64,000 nucleotides of DNA from Neoechinorhynchus agilis (Eukaryota; Animalia; Acanthocephala): the NCBI GenBank assembly GCA_051530055.1, contig CM121342.1, positions 11,361,480 to 11,425,479 of the forward strand, given 5' to 3'. Shown in pieces: positions 46,850-60,045 of this stretch (position 1 is its first letter; every line of letters starts with the position of its first letter). The notes under the pieces were generated by a model that was given only the letters and a program-made list of their open reading frames with translations, was not told the DNA's origin and did not search any database. A program made the translations under genes and the position numbers.

Positions 46850-49800
46850 AAATCACATGTAGTAGCGGAGCTCATTTGATCCCTGGACGCGGGACCATCA
46901 ATTTCCGAGGTGACCCTTCACCCTATGCGCAACTGCTCCACGGAGGTTATTTGTCGGAAGGACAAGAGCGAAGTTGCTCTTGTTGCCTTCCATTGTCCTT
47001 TCTTCGCGTTGATGAGAAAGGCTTCCTTGATCAGCCTTCTTTGGAGCCCGTTCTTCACCATTCTCACTGTGATATCGGTTAGTTTCGACTACATCATAAA
47101 TGTAATTATATTATCGATTACGAACCGTTATCGTTCGTTGTACCATGAAACAAAAAAAAAATGCGCACCAATGTTTTTGGCGGAGGGTGGCAAACGGCCA
47201 CCCACTTCCCTGAGAATTCCCGTACCTCCGGAGGTCCGGAGTAGTATTCTCAAAGACATGAAGCGCGACAAACAGCCATCAATCACTGATTCAGGATCGA
47301 ATCCCACTTCTCAGTTCCTGTTGGAAGGGTCCCTTTCTGATGAAATCCCCCAACAGCTGACATCTTCATTCAAAACTCAACGCGAGTACCTAGCCCTTCC
47401 GGTCAAGAGAAGGCCGTATATACTCACAATCAAGTCAAATCCGATTATGCCTAAGGACGTAATTTACAACCAAAGCGTTGCTCCGTGGACGCGCTCATTC
47501 CATAACGATGGAGTTAAACGAATTGATCGTATTACTTATTTCGGAGGTATTCTGAGAGTGTACCTAACGGACAGTATTTGGTTATCCAACTTGAAGGACT
47601 TTGTTAAATCCAAGCTTCCCACGGATGTCTTCTCGGTGGAAGAGATTACTCAAAGGGTACAGTTCATTTCTAACGGTCTACAGCCCAATTTAGCTGCTGA
47701 AGACAAAGTAGAGTTCGAAAAACTTTTCAACGTGAAGATAAAATTTTTCCTCAACTCCAGAAGGTCTGGCACTCCTATATCGATAGCGATGGTGGAAGGA
47801 TCCAGGCAAGTTAGGGATGACCTCTGTAAAAAAATACACTGTGCCTTTAATTGTTTTGCGATTCGATTCACACAGAAATCGGGAAGCCATCAAGATGACT
47901 ATATTTTTTCCTCACTGCAACCTTTGCCACAAATGGGGACACTGGGCTCAACAATGTCCTAATTCGGAAACCCCGAAATGTGTTCACTGTGCTGAGACAG
48001 GTCATTCTGCTCAAAATTGCCCAAACAAGTCAATCAAAAGATGTGTCAATTGCAATGGACAACACTCTGTATTTTACAAAGGATGTCCTGAATTCAAGAA
48101 GTATTGGAATTGGGCTCAAAACGGGCAGCCCTTTGCTAAAAAAAGCGATAGCGCCGGGTGGAGACCGGCTGTCGCAGCAAACTCGTTCGCAGTGCCTCTT
48201 CATAGAGCAACCCCCTTTTCAAAAGATAACGATCTTGAAGAGCTCGGACTCTAAAGACTCGCATCGCTTACCTCCATCGCAGTTGGTTACCATGGAAATT
48301 CTGGAGGAACGTTTAGAGGAGTCTTGTAACAAACTTCTAACGGTCATGCAGGCGCGCTTCACTGAGGCCATCGTGGCTTTTGAGAGGAAGCTGAGTACAC
48401 TCATTGGGAACTTGGTCAATCTTCCTGATTTGATTTCATCGAGTTTACCTAGTCAACGTGGTGCAAAGCTAAAAAGAGCGAATGCGACGGAAAAAAACTC
48501 TCATGGGGCCAAGAAACTCAATGTCGATTCTAGTATAAACCACTCAGATATCGAGGACGTCGTCATGGAAGTCGAAGAAACCGACTCTGAATATGTTAAC
48601 AGGATCATTAACACTCAATCCTCGCTCATTAACAACGGAACTGCGGCCCTAATATCAGGTAAAGTCGCCAGAATATGATAACTCGAAGGCACAGGTAATG
48701 GTGGGGATCTCCGGGTGCTGCAATGGAATTGTGGAGGGGCGGCCAATCTTACCAGGCTCGCTCGGTTCACACCAGGCGTTTCCATCATCTTACTGCAGGA
48801 AACGAAAAGTATTCACACTCTACACCAACTTTATAACTATCTACCTCATCTTAACTGTTCAATGTTCTCCTCTTTTATTACTGGCCCATTCAGTCCCGCC
48901 TCACAAGGTCTTATTTCAATTTTTCATTCCTCCTTAAATCCCCAACTTATAGCCTCCTACACCTCACCGGAAATGTCGTACTCACTTTTTAAATTTCTCT
49001 TTAATCGGAAGTACCTTTCGATTGTTAATTTGTACATCAGACCGGGTTTTATTCATCGTCCATATATCAAAAACAAAATCAAATGGCTTCTCAATGCGAA
49101 TATCGACTTTGTTGTGGGGGATTTTAACGACCCATCTTTAAAATGGTCCAGAGCCATTGTCAACGCAGTCAAACCTCTTTACTCTCTAACCCTCCCAAAT
49201 ACTCCGTCTTTCCACAATCTCGTTTTAAATACACACTCGTTCTTAGATCTGATAATCTTTAAGAGATATCTTAACTTTTCAATTCAATTCGATCGTCAGG
49301 TGTCTCTCTTTGACCTCCTAGGGCATGATATCCTTATCTGGTCATTCGGTCCTATGAATGCACTCCGCAAATCATATCACATTTCTCCACTCAACGTGGC
49401 CTTTTTCCGTCTAATCAGCCAAATCGCTCTATCTTCGAGCACCTTACAATCTAATCGGTCATCCATTTTACCGTCTGTCAATAACATCCTCAATTTGGTT
49501 GCTAATACCTTTCTGTTTCGAACGGTAAAGGTTTTCTCTCGTCATTACGAAAGTCGCTCTCTTCGCTTTCTCGGAAGCCAACTTTTTCTGGCCAAACGTT
49601 CTGGAGACGTACTTCTCACGAAAATCTTATCTAGTTATTATTGGGCAGCCCAATGTCGACAGAGGATGCAACAGAAAGCAAATCTTCTTAATAGCCTGAA
49701 ACCCTTTTCCTCACATTGGTGGCACACTTTTCAAAGTAAGAGATACATACCATGGAAATCGAAAATCTCCGGCTGGTTAAAATCAACGTCTCTAGACGAT

Positions 49801-51200
49801 ATTTTGGGAGCCATTTTTGCTTTTCATTCAGAGGGCTCTGTCATGGGTGCTTTACCCGTGACAATCTTACGACGGGTCTTTGCCGGTCGTGTAGATATTT
49901 TATTAAGTGACATCCTAAAAGTATGGTCCGACAATCCGAAATTGGCATCCTCCAACTCAAGCTCAGGCACCAAAATCTTTACTTTACTTCCCCGGGACTG
50001 CATCCTAAGGCTGGCCGAATTAATGCTGAACTGCTCCCCTTATGCTTGGAGAGAGATTAATGTGGCTCGGCGTATTTTTCTTATTAAAAATGGGAAAAAG
50101 TCAGTCTCTCAGCCTAAGGATCTCCGCCCAATTTCCCTACAGAACCCCTTTGTAACCATTTACGAACGAGCCTTAGCACTTCGCTTGAGAGCCTTTATAA
50201 CAGAAAATAGCTGCATATCGACTAATTGCCACGGTTTTCAAAAGGGGAAATCCGTACACTCTGCTTTAACCAATATTTACGATAACTTCACTAACACCAA
50301 TCTACCCTTGAAAGCCATAATGGCTGTTGATCTATCTCAAGCGTTCGACAAGATATCTTTGTCTTTTATTATCGAGATACTGGATTTATTTAGCGTTCCT
50401 CATAATTTGATCTCCCGAATTCACAATATTCTTTTTACCAAGTCCTTCTTTTACGAGGATGATGCTTCGAAATCAACCTATTACATGACCACGGGTGTCC
50501 CACAAGGTTCACCGCTTTCCCCGATCCTGTTTCTACTTGCTTCGCAGTATATAGTTAAAAATTTCAAAACCCGTAATGTTTCTATAACCTGTTATGCGGA
50601 TGACTTAACTTTCGTATTCTCTGCGCACAGAACTTTCAAACTCAAAAGTTTGATTGAGCAGTGCATCCACTACCTCAATGTAGTCTTACCTCGTATGAAT
50701 TTATCCCTCAATCCCTCCAAATCGTTCTGTATCTTCAAGGTTCGCTCAGGTAAACTTCGAAGGGATCTCAAATCATTTTTTAACAATCTAATGAACCCCT
50801 TGAATCAGAAGCGAGCGGATAATGCCAATACTCCACTAAAATTACGCATTCTTGGACATACGTTAACGGTCAATCTGTCACCCAGAACCGATATCAATAA
50901 GTTGAAAAGGTTGCTAAAAGTGGGCAAAAAAATGGCCAACCGAGCGATGAAACTAGGCCTGAACTCGTTACAAGCGCAAGCTATTTGGAAAACCTGGTGT
51001 ATCCCCGGCCTTGTCTTCTTTTCCAGAGGTCGCCCCCCGAACATAAGGCCTCCTTTATAGACGCCTTCACCCAGCACCTAGATTCCCTCCCATTTTCCTG
51101 GGCCGGAGAGTTAAAGAAGTTCTGTGAACCCAGAATTGGGCGGTGGACAACATGACAGCTATTCTCTCACCAAACCGTTAATCTGTTCGATAAATAAGTC
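46850..51200 (+). mobile_element. Near-intact APE-type non-LTR retrotransposon (I/Jockey-like): gag-like ORF1 with 3 CCHC knuckles, ORF2 APE+RT
   Basis: CNLCHKWGHWAQQC, CVHCAETGHSAQNC, CVNCNGQHSVFYKGC. ORF2 has LQWNC, LLQET, GDFN, LDLII, LRPISL, GFQKGKS, DLSQAFD, GVPQGSPLSPILF and YADDL. Ends are approximate. Confidence 0.92.
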
Positions 51201-53559
51201 ACGATTGCGCTCTAAAACCATGATAAATAAATATATCCATGAAACGTTTTCGCGGTTCCGTTAGCTAAATAAAACCACGTTTTCGGTTCTACAACACTCA
51301 CCTTCGCTCCTCCGAAGTCGACTGTGTGGTCGTTTTGCACTGCGTGGTCGAAAATGGCCTATGACACGTCACTCCGTTTGAGTGCGTATTCATGCTCTCT
51401 TTTCTAAGTACCCTGTTTCGTTTGTAAAATATAGATGTGGTCTCGAGGATGGAAAAACTCGCCGTATAGAGAAGATGAACTGAACCCCACGAAGGAAAAA
51501 CTTGATCGAAATAATTAATATTTTTACTGAAGGTATTTTTTAATATACTAAATTTGATTATTCAATTAAATTAATCGCTACCCAGCTCGGAGCTGATCAA
51601 GGTCGTACCCGTAATGCTGGTGACATTCCTTCGCTGGACGGCCATGTTTATCCTCCGATTAAAGTCTTACACTCCTGTGGTCGCTTCCCTCATTCGAAGG
51701 CCCAATTCGTCGCATAGTTTAGCCCCCCTACGTTTTCTGCCAAAGTGGTCCTTTCCAATATTTACAAAATCAAATAAGAGATTATTTTTAACAATAAAGC
51801 TAAATTTATGCAATTCTCCCCTTTATTTTGCCGCACAAACCACGTTCCATTGTATTTAAATTTCATAATAAAAATCCCAATGTGAGATTTCTTAATTCGA
51901 CGTATTTAGCCGTTTTTCTTTTACTCCAACGCTGCACCTTCCTACACCGAGGTGTTGCCGGTACCAAGACTAGACCGAACCTTTTTCCAATTTTTGAACT
52001 TCTTTCATTCCACACATCAGCTTGACCATCTCTTTAACTCGGTAGCGCTTTCTTGGATAAAATGTTGAGAGGGAATTCAATAGGAAGCTTCCCAAACTAG
52101 AATTGGTCTGCCAACAGGACAGGGATCTCAAAAAAATGGCACAATGTTCTTCAGGTAACACTAATAATTGAAGGCCAGCAAGATTTGTCACCATTCGATT
52201 GGACTAAAACGAAGTGTGTCGGAATGGCTTTTGAAAACGGGTCAGAAAAAGGCTCCAGAAAATGGCCATTAACGGTCGGATTGAAACGCACTTCTCGTTG
52301 AGAAAGCTTACGATTCTCTTAAAGTAGCGGGGTTTCCTGATCACGACCAGTATCGGGCTCATCGCAGGAGGCCGGAGCTTAAATGAACGCTGTTCCCATC
52401 AGCACCATGGGGCTCGATAACGAAGCAGTGAAGGTATCACTTAGTCTCTCTCGAATTGTAACCTACACAAACGCTGATGTGGTTACAAATCGTCAAGTGA
52501 CCGCTTCGCGAGAAACACTGAGCTCAACGCTATCATTAGCAGGGTCTTGGACTTTGTCCGTGTCCCTAATATCCTCGAGTCTGGGCATGGTGATATGAAA
52601 ATCATAGTCCCGATTCAGAAAGACTCTCGCTTGTCTTTGAGCTTGATTTTCGCGCTCGCCAAAATGTATAATTTGCGAGAAAACTTGAAATATTAAAACT
52701 ATTCTTGCACTCCTCCCTCAAGGATATAAATCGCATCATTTTTATCACTGCAATACCTAAATCCTCTGTACCGCTACCATAATTCTTCGCATCACGTAAC
52801 TGCTTTCCCCCGACTTGCATTCTGCATTTTCTTCCCCCAACAACTGTTGTGCGCATTCCCTCCAAAAATCCTCCTAAGCGGCACCCACGTTTTCTCAAAT
52901 TAACTTTTAATTCAACACTCATTGCCTTTGTCTTCGTTAACAGGATATACAAGCTCCTTACTTCACAGCTTCTTTTTCAAATCTACCCGCATTTCACCAC
53001 CCCTCCAAACTCAACCCACACTTCATCTTCCCAGTATAATCCTTCGCTTTTAACGAACGCCATAGAACATCTTACACATCCCAAAAAATCGAGGAGCAAG
53101 CGATTCCACAACTTCTTTGACTACGTGCAACTCCACCGGCGCCCAAAAAATACATAGGTCAATCGCCCTGTCCTTCCACGTGAAACACGGCCTCCCTTCC
53201 GAAATAAGTAAAAAATTATAACTCAATCCTTACACAAATATACCATAAATCAGCATTTCCAATCGTGGCTGATCACATCAATTCTCAACTCAAAACTTGT
53301 TCCTCGCAGTGTCAATCATTAATCCCAACAGTCCCTCGAGATCAAAAACTTGTATTTATTCATCCATTTCCCCCGCAAATTCTGCAATCTGCTCTCATAA
53401 AATTGTTCAAATGACCCTTTTGTAGCTTTTTTAATTTAAATTTAATTTTACATATACAACCCAGATATAGTTGATTTATTTGCCTAGCTTTCGCCGTATG
53501 ACGGCTTCAACTGGGCAATCTAAAATGTGTGAGGTGGGGAGACACAAACAGGTCACGAC

Positions 53560-54300
53560 ATCCGCATCGACTCGGTGAGGTGCATCCGCCCGCCCTCATC
53601 CTCAGTTCTTTCCCGATTCGAACCCATCGCCTCTCCCGAAATCAACAGTGCCTCCGCTATCGCTAAATCCAAAAGGAGTCTCGGGCTATATAAATGATTT
53701 CGGTAGAGAGGTTCACCTCGCCATCTGAATGGCACTGCGAATGGTGTTCCGCCCAAGGTGTGACTGCTGGCACGCTGGGGTTGAGCGCATTACGAACATG
53801 TTCCATGTAACTCGTTTGTTCAGCGGTCGCTCCGTCTTCCCAATGTATGTGACATAACGCCATTTCCTTTTTCTTTGCGACGTTCGCAGGTCATCTTATA
53901 CACAACGTTGCGTTATCTCCACACCGAGCACCACCATATTGACCCTTCATGCTCGTGTCCTTGCCTGGCGCAAAACTACACATCTTACATGCGCTCGGGC
54001 GTGAACTTGGTACTTCATGATGTCCCCCGTCCTCGTCAACAAGGCGAACATTCATTCCCGCTCTTCGCAGCAGTCTTCTTATGTCGTTCGCGAATTGCTC
54101 GCTGACGAATGGAATCTTCAGAATGGGCTTTAACTTTTGCCGATTCCTCTCGAGATCATCAACTATTCGCTGGCTAGCCTTTTCCGAGCGTAATTTAAGT
54201 CTTCTGATCTCCTGACCTGAGTATCCATTCTGAGCCAACAATTCATTGATTTTCTGAACCGCCAATCGTTCCGCGTCTACCGATGATGAGCACGTCCGTG
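53560..54300 (-). mobile_element. Penelope-like element C-terminus (thumb + GIY-YIG endonuclease), frameshifted
   Basis: ARTCSS...LAQNGYS, LKIPFVSE..ANDIRRLL, and in shifted frames NVVYKMTC, TYIGKTERPLNKR and EH. Confidence 0.75.
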
Positions 54301-54900
54301 CGTCCTGATGGAATATACATTTTTTCTATTTAATTTCAATCCAACTCGATTGAATCTATTAAATACTTCGGATGAGCTTGCTAGATGATCGTTTAGAGTT
54401 CTTCCTGTAATTAGTACATCATCCAAGTAAATTGCGATGCCAGGAATTCCTTCGAGTAGTTCATCCATGTAACGTTGAAAAACTGCCGGAGCTGAGTTGA
54501 TTCCAAATGGCAGTCGTTTGTATCGGAAAAATCCTCGATGGGTCGAGATTGTCAAGTATTTCCTAGAGTCCGCGTTGACAGGTAGTTGTAGATAAGCATC
54601 TTTCAAATCGAGCCTTGAATACTGCTCACCTCCCGCTATTTGGTTGACGATCTCTTTCCATGTAGGAATGGCGTAGTTATCGATTGTTAGATGTGGATTA
54701 ATTGTTATTCTAAAGTCTCCGCGTATCCTGATATCACCACTGGTTTCTTTGCAATCACAATCGGCGCAGCCCAATCGATAGTCTTTACGTAGATCCACTT
54801 TCTCCAGCACATCTGATTCTAATTGCTTTATCAACTCGTTTTCTACTTTGTTTACTTTTATGTGTATCGCATGGATCGTCTAAAAATGGACTCTTGACGA
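54277..54900 (-). mobile_element. Ty3/Gypsy reverse transcriptase fragment
   Basis: WAAPIVIAKKP (shifted frame), DIRI.GDFR.TINP, SRLDLKDAYLQ, YKRLPFGINSAPAVFQRYM, YLDDVLI, GLKLNRK. Confidence 0.9.
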
Positions 54901-54929
54901 ATAAATCTTGTTGTTGTTGATGGATCGTG

Positions 54930-55383
54930 CAGGAGATCGGTGGGCTGTGTGCCCAAGGAAAATTATCAGCCGTGAAAAAGGCCACACATTGATACTTAAT
55001 AAAAGTTACCGGCTGGCTAGTCTTCAAAAAATAGAAAAATTCAATGGCCTTTAATTAACAAATCAAAACTGGCAGAATTTGTACATTCCGCAGTTATGTC
55101 GAGGTGCTCAAGTGGATTAATGTCCTTGATCCCAGTTAAGGGTCAACTGGTTCCAATCCGTTACCGCCAATGACGCACAACCAAAGGAGACGAAATACCA
55201 CTAAAGGTTGGAAACTCACGGATGGGTCTTGCCTCCTGGAGGTATCTGAGGATCCGGAGGAATTTACAAACTCTTTACCGTATGCATCAGAGTCTAAGTG
55301 ATTCAATCACTTATCTGATGCATGAGATCCGTGGGCTGTGTGCCCAAGGAAAATTATCAGCCATGGAAAAAGGTCACACATTG
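54930..55383 (+). mobile_element. Hammerhead-SINE copy F, ~1.15 tandem monomers (391-bp period), near-identical to copy E
   Basis: gtgggctgtgtgccc at 54940 and 55331; core variant CGGATGG. Confidence 0.88.
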
Positions 55384-55575
55384 GTACACAATAATTTAAA
55401 TTGAAGAATATCCTGACGAATTCTCAAATAAGAGGCATCAAAAAACGACGACAGAAGACATGGGCATGTTAGCAATTGCTCACAATCGATTGCACTACCA
55501 ACGGTTCTCGCTTCCATTCACGGGATACAAGTTAAGTTTTATGTTCATGATGGTTATTTACGATGCGTAGAGAAC

Positions 55576-56964
55576 TAGCTGAAGTACAGACTTATTCCTC
55601 AATATTCTTATCTTTCTCATTATCGTCCAAAAATATATGTTCTTCGAGAGCATTACTCGTACTTTCGCTAAGAACCAGATTTCGAATACGCTCATGCAAC
55701 AAATTGTTTTCCTCGTACTCAGAAACTTCCATTCCAGCGATTCTCTTTCTACGGGCTAAAAAATCAGCAAAGAAAGATTTCTGATAATAAATAAGAAAAG
55801 GAATCGTTGGCTGATGTCTAGATCTATCAAAATACTAAGAACGTGCCGCCTCGGTAACTGCTCTGCTTTGATCGCTTCCATTGCTCTATTAAACAACCGT
55901 TCAATTTTACGATCACAATTGCCAGCATTCCTTAGTTTTCTCCTAATTAGTTCAATACATTTTCGTGACACTTCAAATCTTTTATTGAGCAGAACTTCAT
56001 CGGTTTCCAAAAACCCGCGTGCCAGGTCTGCCATTTCATCAAAATCACCATTTGCTTTTAACAGATCTTTAGCGTATTCAAATATAGTGCGACCACCGCC
56101 ACCGGAGAAATCTTCAAAACTTAAATCGTCCAGGCTTTTGAAAGAAAATTTGGAAATGTATTTTTTTTCGCCTTTTTGCAATTCATCATTGACTTCTGTT
56201 ACATCAGACTCTTCTTGGAATTTCTCCTTTGTTTCGATTTCATCTTCTTCATCGTCCACGCGCGATTCCAGAATTTCTGCGCAGGGAGGATCGAAAGCCG
56301 ACGTGTCATGTTCAAAGGACTGGCTACTTTCGTCAATGAAGGGCACGTTCAATACGTTCACCTCAGAATTTAATGATTCTCTCCATTGGCACAAATAATC
56401 CAACGTTTCAGAAAAAGACATCGTCTTCAATTTCCGTACATTTTCCCGTCGATTGGCAAGTACACTTGCTAAGGAATTTCCTTGCTCAGCTTCGTGTGTT
56501 ACAATCGGTTTGTATGGGTTTCCGAATGGCTCGCAGAATTGATTAGATGGATTGATTTCTCTTAATGGAGATGAAATACTTCCCGGGTTCTTGGTTGATA
56601 CTCGAGTACGGAAAATGTTTTGTTGGGTCGCAAATCCAGTTTTAAGACAGTTTAAATTCAGTCTTTTGTTTACGGAGACGGCTACTTCTATTATTTCCCT
56701 GAACGATTTGTACTTATCTCGAAGAATTGACGATCCATTTAACTGGAATCTCGTGTTACTTGAGGACCCCGATGATGCTTTTACCGCAAAAAATGATCTT
56801 GCTTTTGACTGCGAGTGTTCAAGCAGCATTCGAGCATTAGACGAACACGATTCCAAGTAAGTCTTTATGTTCACGGGTATTAATGAAGGATGTTGGCGTT
56901 TATTTTTGATACACGCAACTACCACTGAAGCGATAACCATCTCGTTGGATAGCTCAGTGAACAC
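55576..56964 (-). CDS. Uncharacterised acidic protein (at least 2 exons; 5' end unresolved)
   Basis: A 402-codon ORF plus a downstream exon after TTATCAG (KSFFADFLARRKR...DKNIEE*). No confident homology. Confidence 0.55.
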
Positions 56965-57487
56965 CTGCCGAGGATTGAACGAGCGTGAGGATGCGGTTGT
57001 ATTATTCGAATGAGGCGCGAAACAGTGAGCTAATATGAAAATTGATTTTGAAGATCGCGATAGGATTTAAAAACATCGAAATGGGGCGAGTCGGAGCGTC
57101 GGAAATAGTAAATAAAATGGCTAGTAAGTCTCGAGCAATAAGTGTTAACATTTTAGTGCGTGCAGAGTATCAGTTTAAAGAAGATATTATACGCCTGCTC
57201 CTTTGTCTTTTAAGGAAGACGGTCTAAATCAACGATATTTAGATGAAACGCCAATGGGTTTACCCTTTCCTCTATAATCTTCAATACATACTGACAGACC
57301 TTTAGATAATATGGAGGAATTTTGTCAATGTACTGCGACATAATAATTTGGGATACGGAGTTAAAATTGTCAGATTGACTGGACAGAAATTCGTTTCCTA
57401 ATACAAAAATGCAAAGTTTTATATTAAAAGTAAAGATTAAACGAACCTAGGTTGTGGGTCTTGGTCAGCTTGAGTAGATTTATGAAA

Positions 57488-59068
57488 TCATAAGGAAGAT
57501 TGATAAAACTGACGACGTTTAAATGCTTCGCATGGGGTATAAGAATCGCAAAAGGGCGTTGTCCATCGCTTGATCCATCTGTGTTTCGCATATAGACCTT
57601 CACAAAAGATGGTTATCGAAGATTTTTTAGATTCTCTTACGTTCCACACGCTTGTACGATCACTTCTGGTGGCTTGCAATAGTTCATAGAAGGCCGAATG
57701 AGTGAATTGATAGTGATCACCTATTTCGAAAAGGTGTTTGTAATCGTCCGTGGAAAAATCGTGCTTTTCTAGACAATATCGAAGCCAGACGTTGCCTAAT
57801 CGTGGTTCAAGTTTTGCCAACTGCTGGACCACGGGGGATGATGGTTCAGGGAACGGCCATTTGTACGCTCTTCTGTTCATTCCTTCTTCATCCTTCATTA
57901 AAACAATTGGATATATTTGCATTATTAGTCGCTCTGTTTCGTCGACGATAAAACATTCCGCGTTCAAGGTAACCCAACTGCTTTTAACAATACTCACAGG
58001 GCCACCAACAAATACTTTTCGGCGCTCTATCATTACTAGTTCAAACAACCAAGTATCCATTCGTGATGCGATTTGTTCGTATGAGGTCACAATGAATCCT
58101 TTAAGACGTAGACCAGTCATTCGCCCTTTCACAATCTCGGCCAAAAACCCAGTCTTCTGATTATCTTCAGCCATCGCATTCAAGCTGAATTTCAAGTCCT
58201 CCATATCAGAAAGAGTGGGAAAAAATACAAGTGCTATGACTTGGTCCCATCTGCACGGAAGCTCACATAGCTCCATTCCTGGAATATCACGACTTGACAT
58301 ATTCTGACAAAGCCAAGAATCGCAATCCTCTTCGTCACAATCAAATATAAATTTTCGATTTGTCAAAATAGTGATTAGTGTGACTTCAGGACAGAATGGC
58401 AGCATCCCCTATGCAAAATTGCCTTAAATTCCGAGTAATTTGGACAAAAAGCCTACTTCACCGTAATTATCCGTTTTTCTAAACAGTCGGCCAAGGTTTA
58501 TCAACTCGAATGCGATTTTGAGAGCTCCAACCAAGTCGTATCCACCAATCGCACGGATATTAGAGATCACATCAAGAGCTACTTTAATTGTCTCTTCAAT
58601 ACAAAGCTAAATTTAAAAATTGTTTAGCATGATAATTTGTGAGAAATGTATTTCAATGGAGATGCAATGCTACCTTAATTGAGTATAACGAACTTTTAAA
58701 GAATATAAAAAACAGATTCCCCCTAAGTTTAGATATGACTTTTATTTCCTTAACAATTCTTTGAGTATTTCAAAAATTAACATAATTACTTTGACACTGG
58801 GGGCTCATTTCATATAGAACAAGAGTCCCAAAGAACAGGAAAACATGAATTCGTCTTAATCACAAATTTAAGCACTTACGACTTGTAAGTCCGATGTAAC
58901 GATGGTGATTTGCACTGATTGATCCATTAAATCATTGTCAGTAAGCTTATTGATCATTTGACTCACGAAGCAAATTGACATATCAAAGCACGAACTTCCG
59001 CAGATGGATAGGTTGTTCATAGGGACAGAAACGTCCAGAACGAATACAAATCCGGTTGTTGATGACAT
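57488..59068 (-). CDS. INTS6: Integrator complex subunit 6; join(59068..58880,58606..58457,58408..57488)
   Basis: VWA start FVLDVSVPMN; GALKIAFELINLGRL...DNYG (cf. QSLRTAFDLLNLNRL...DNYG); IPGMELCELPCRWDQ (cf. LPGSELTKEPFRWDQ); WPFPE. GT-AG introns. Confidence 0.8.
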
Positions 59069-59898
59069 TTACACGTACGCTGAATAGACTAAGGAATCTA
59101 AAATGGGTAATATCGGTCTCTAATACTGAAAAATAATATTCCTCACGTTAACAAGTTCTACAATATATTCACTCGCATTAGTGAACAAAAATGAACTAAA
59201 TACAATGTGAAAATGTAAGATGTGCGCAACTGACTGATTTTAGAGCTCATAATCGACGTTTGAAATACTCGTTCGGTCAGGTGAGCTTCGTTTTAATATT
59301 GCTAACGTAAGTTCATACTCGTAAGGTGCCCAAACGGCTCTTTCATTCGTTATGAGGTCGTGCGCGATTTAGAATTATAGAATACAATACCTAAATATTA
59401 GCATATTTCGTTGAAGACTGACGAAACGTATAAATTCCCTAATTTTTCGCCAAATCTGCTTTTATCTTAACAATCGATAATTGTAATGAAGTTGGGGCCT
59501 AATAAAGCGACTAAATCGATCGCCAGCATATAAAGTGAATGCCACCTCCTCCAACTTCACTGTCTAGAGCCGTTCCTAGCATAAATGATGGGGTGCGGAA
59601 TAATGACTTCGTCAAAATAACGAAAAATCAGTCTGCAATGGAGTTTATGAAATCCTCAAATAAAAAAATCGAAAGCTTTCTGAGTTCGCAGTAAGCAGCC
59701 ACGGCGTTTAATCTAAGAGGTTTTGCGGCTGGCTGAATATTAAGCGAAACTGTTTTCACCAGAAAAAGGAGCTCAGCTCCGAATTTTACACAGCTTAGTC
59801 GATATGCCACCTATAAGAGCACGCCTTCTAAATGCACGATGGCGACCGAGACTAAAAATATGTTTGAAGATTGAATCGTTCATGTTTTTAATTGGTAT

Positions 59899-60045
59899 AA
59901 AAATTAAAAGAATTTATTGATTCCGATATTTTGGTACAATCTTGTGCTTTTATCAAGGTTTCTTGTAAGTTTTTAAATATTTGAACCTCGGTAAAGGCAC
60001 AAGATTGTGTTGAAATATCGAAATCAATAAATTCTTTTAATTTTT
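59899..60045. repeat. Palindrome, ~62-bp arms, decayed hammerhead/pLTR-like family (also ~11085 and ~25210)
   Basis: 59899-59960 / 59984-60045 are inverted. The right arm has aaggcacaagattgtgttgaaatatcg. Confidence 0.75.

Noticed and set aside
54940-55000. Second ribozyme (twister, pistol or HDV-like) in the SINE tail
   Set aside because: Hairpins are possible (GGCTG/CAGCC, GGGC/GCCC), but I could not fit the conserved core of any known class.
55814-56398. Long antisense ORFs (also 57750-58160, 61444-61855, 50805-51077)
   Set aside because: They are shadows of real coding sequence on the opposite strand, with no motifs.
58607-58879. INTS6 intron 1 as another non-canonical TIR intron
   Set aside because: It has a 9-bp internal inverted repeat (AATTTGTGA/TCACAAATT), but canonical GT-AG ends restore the frame.
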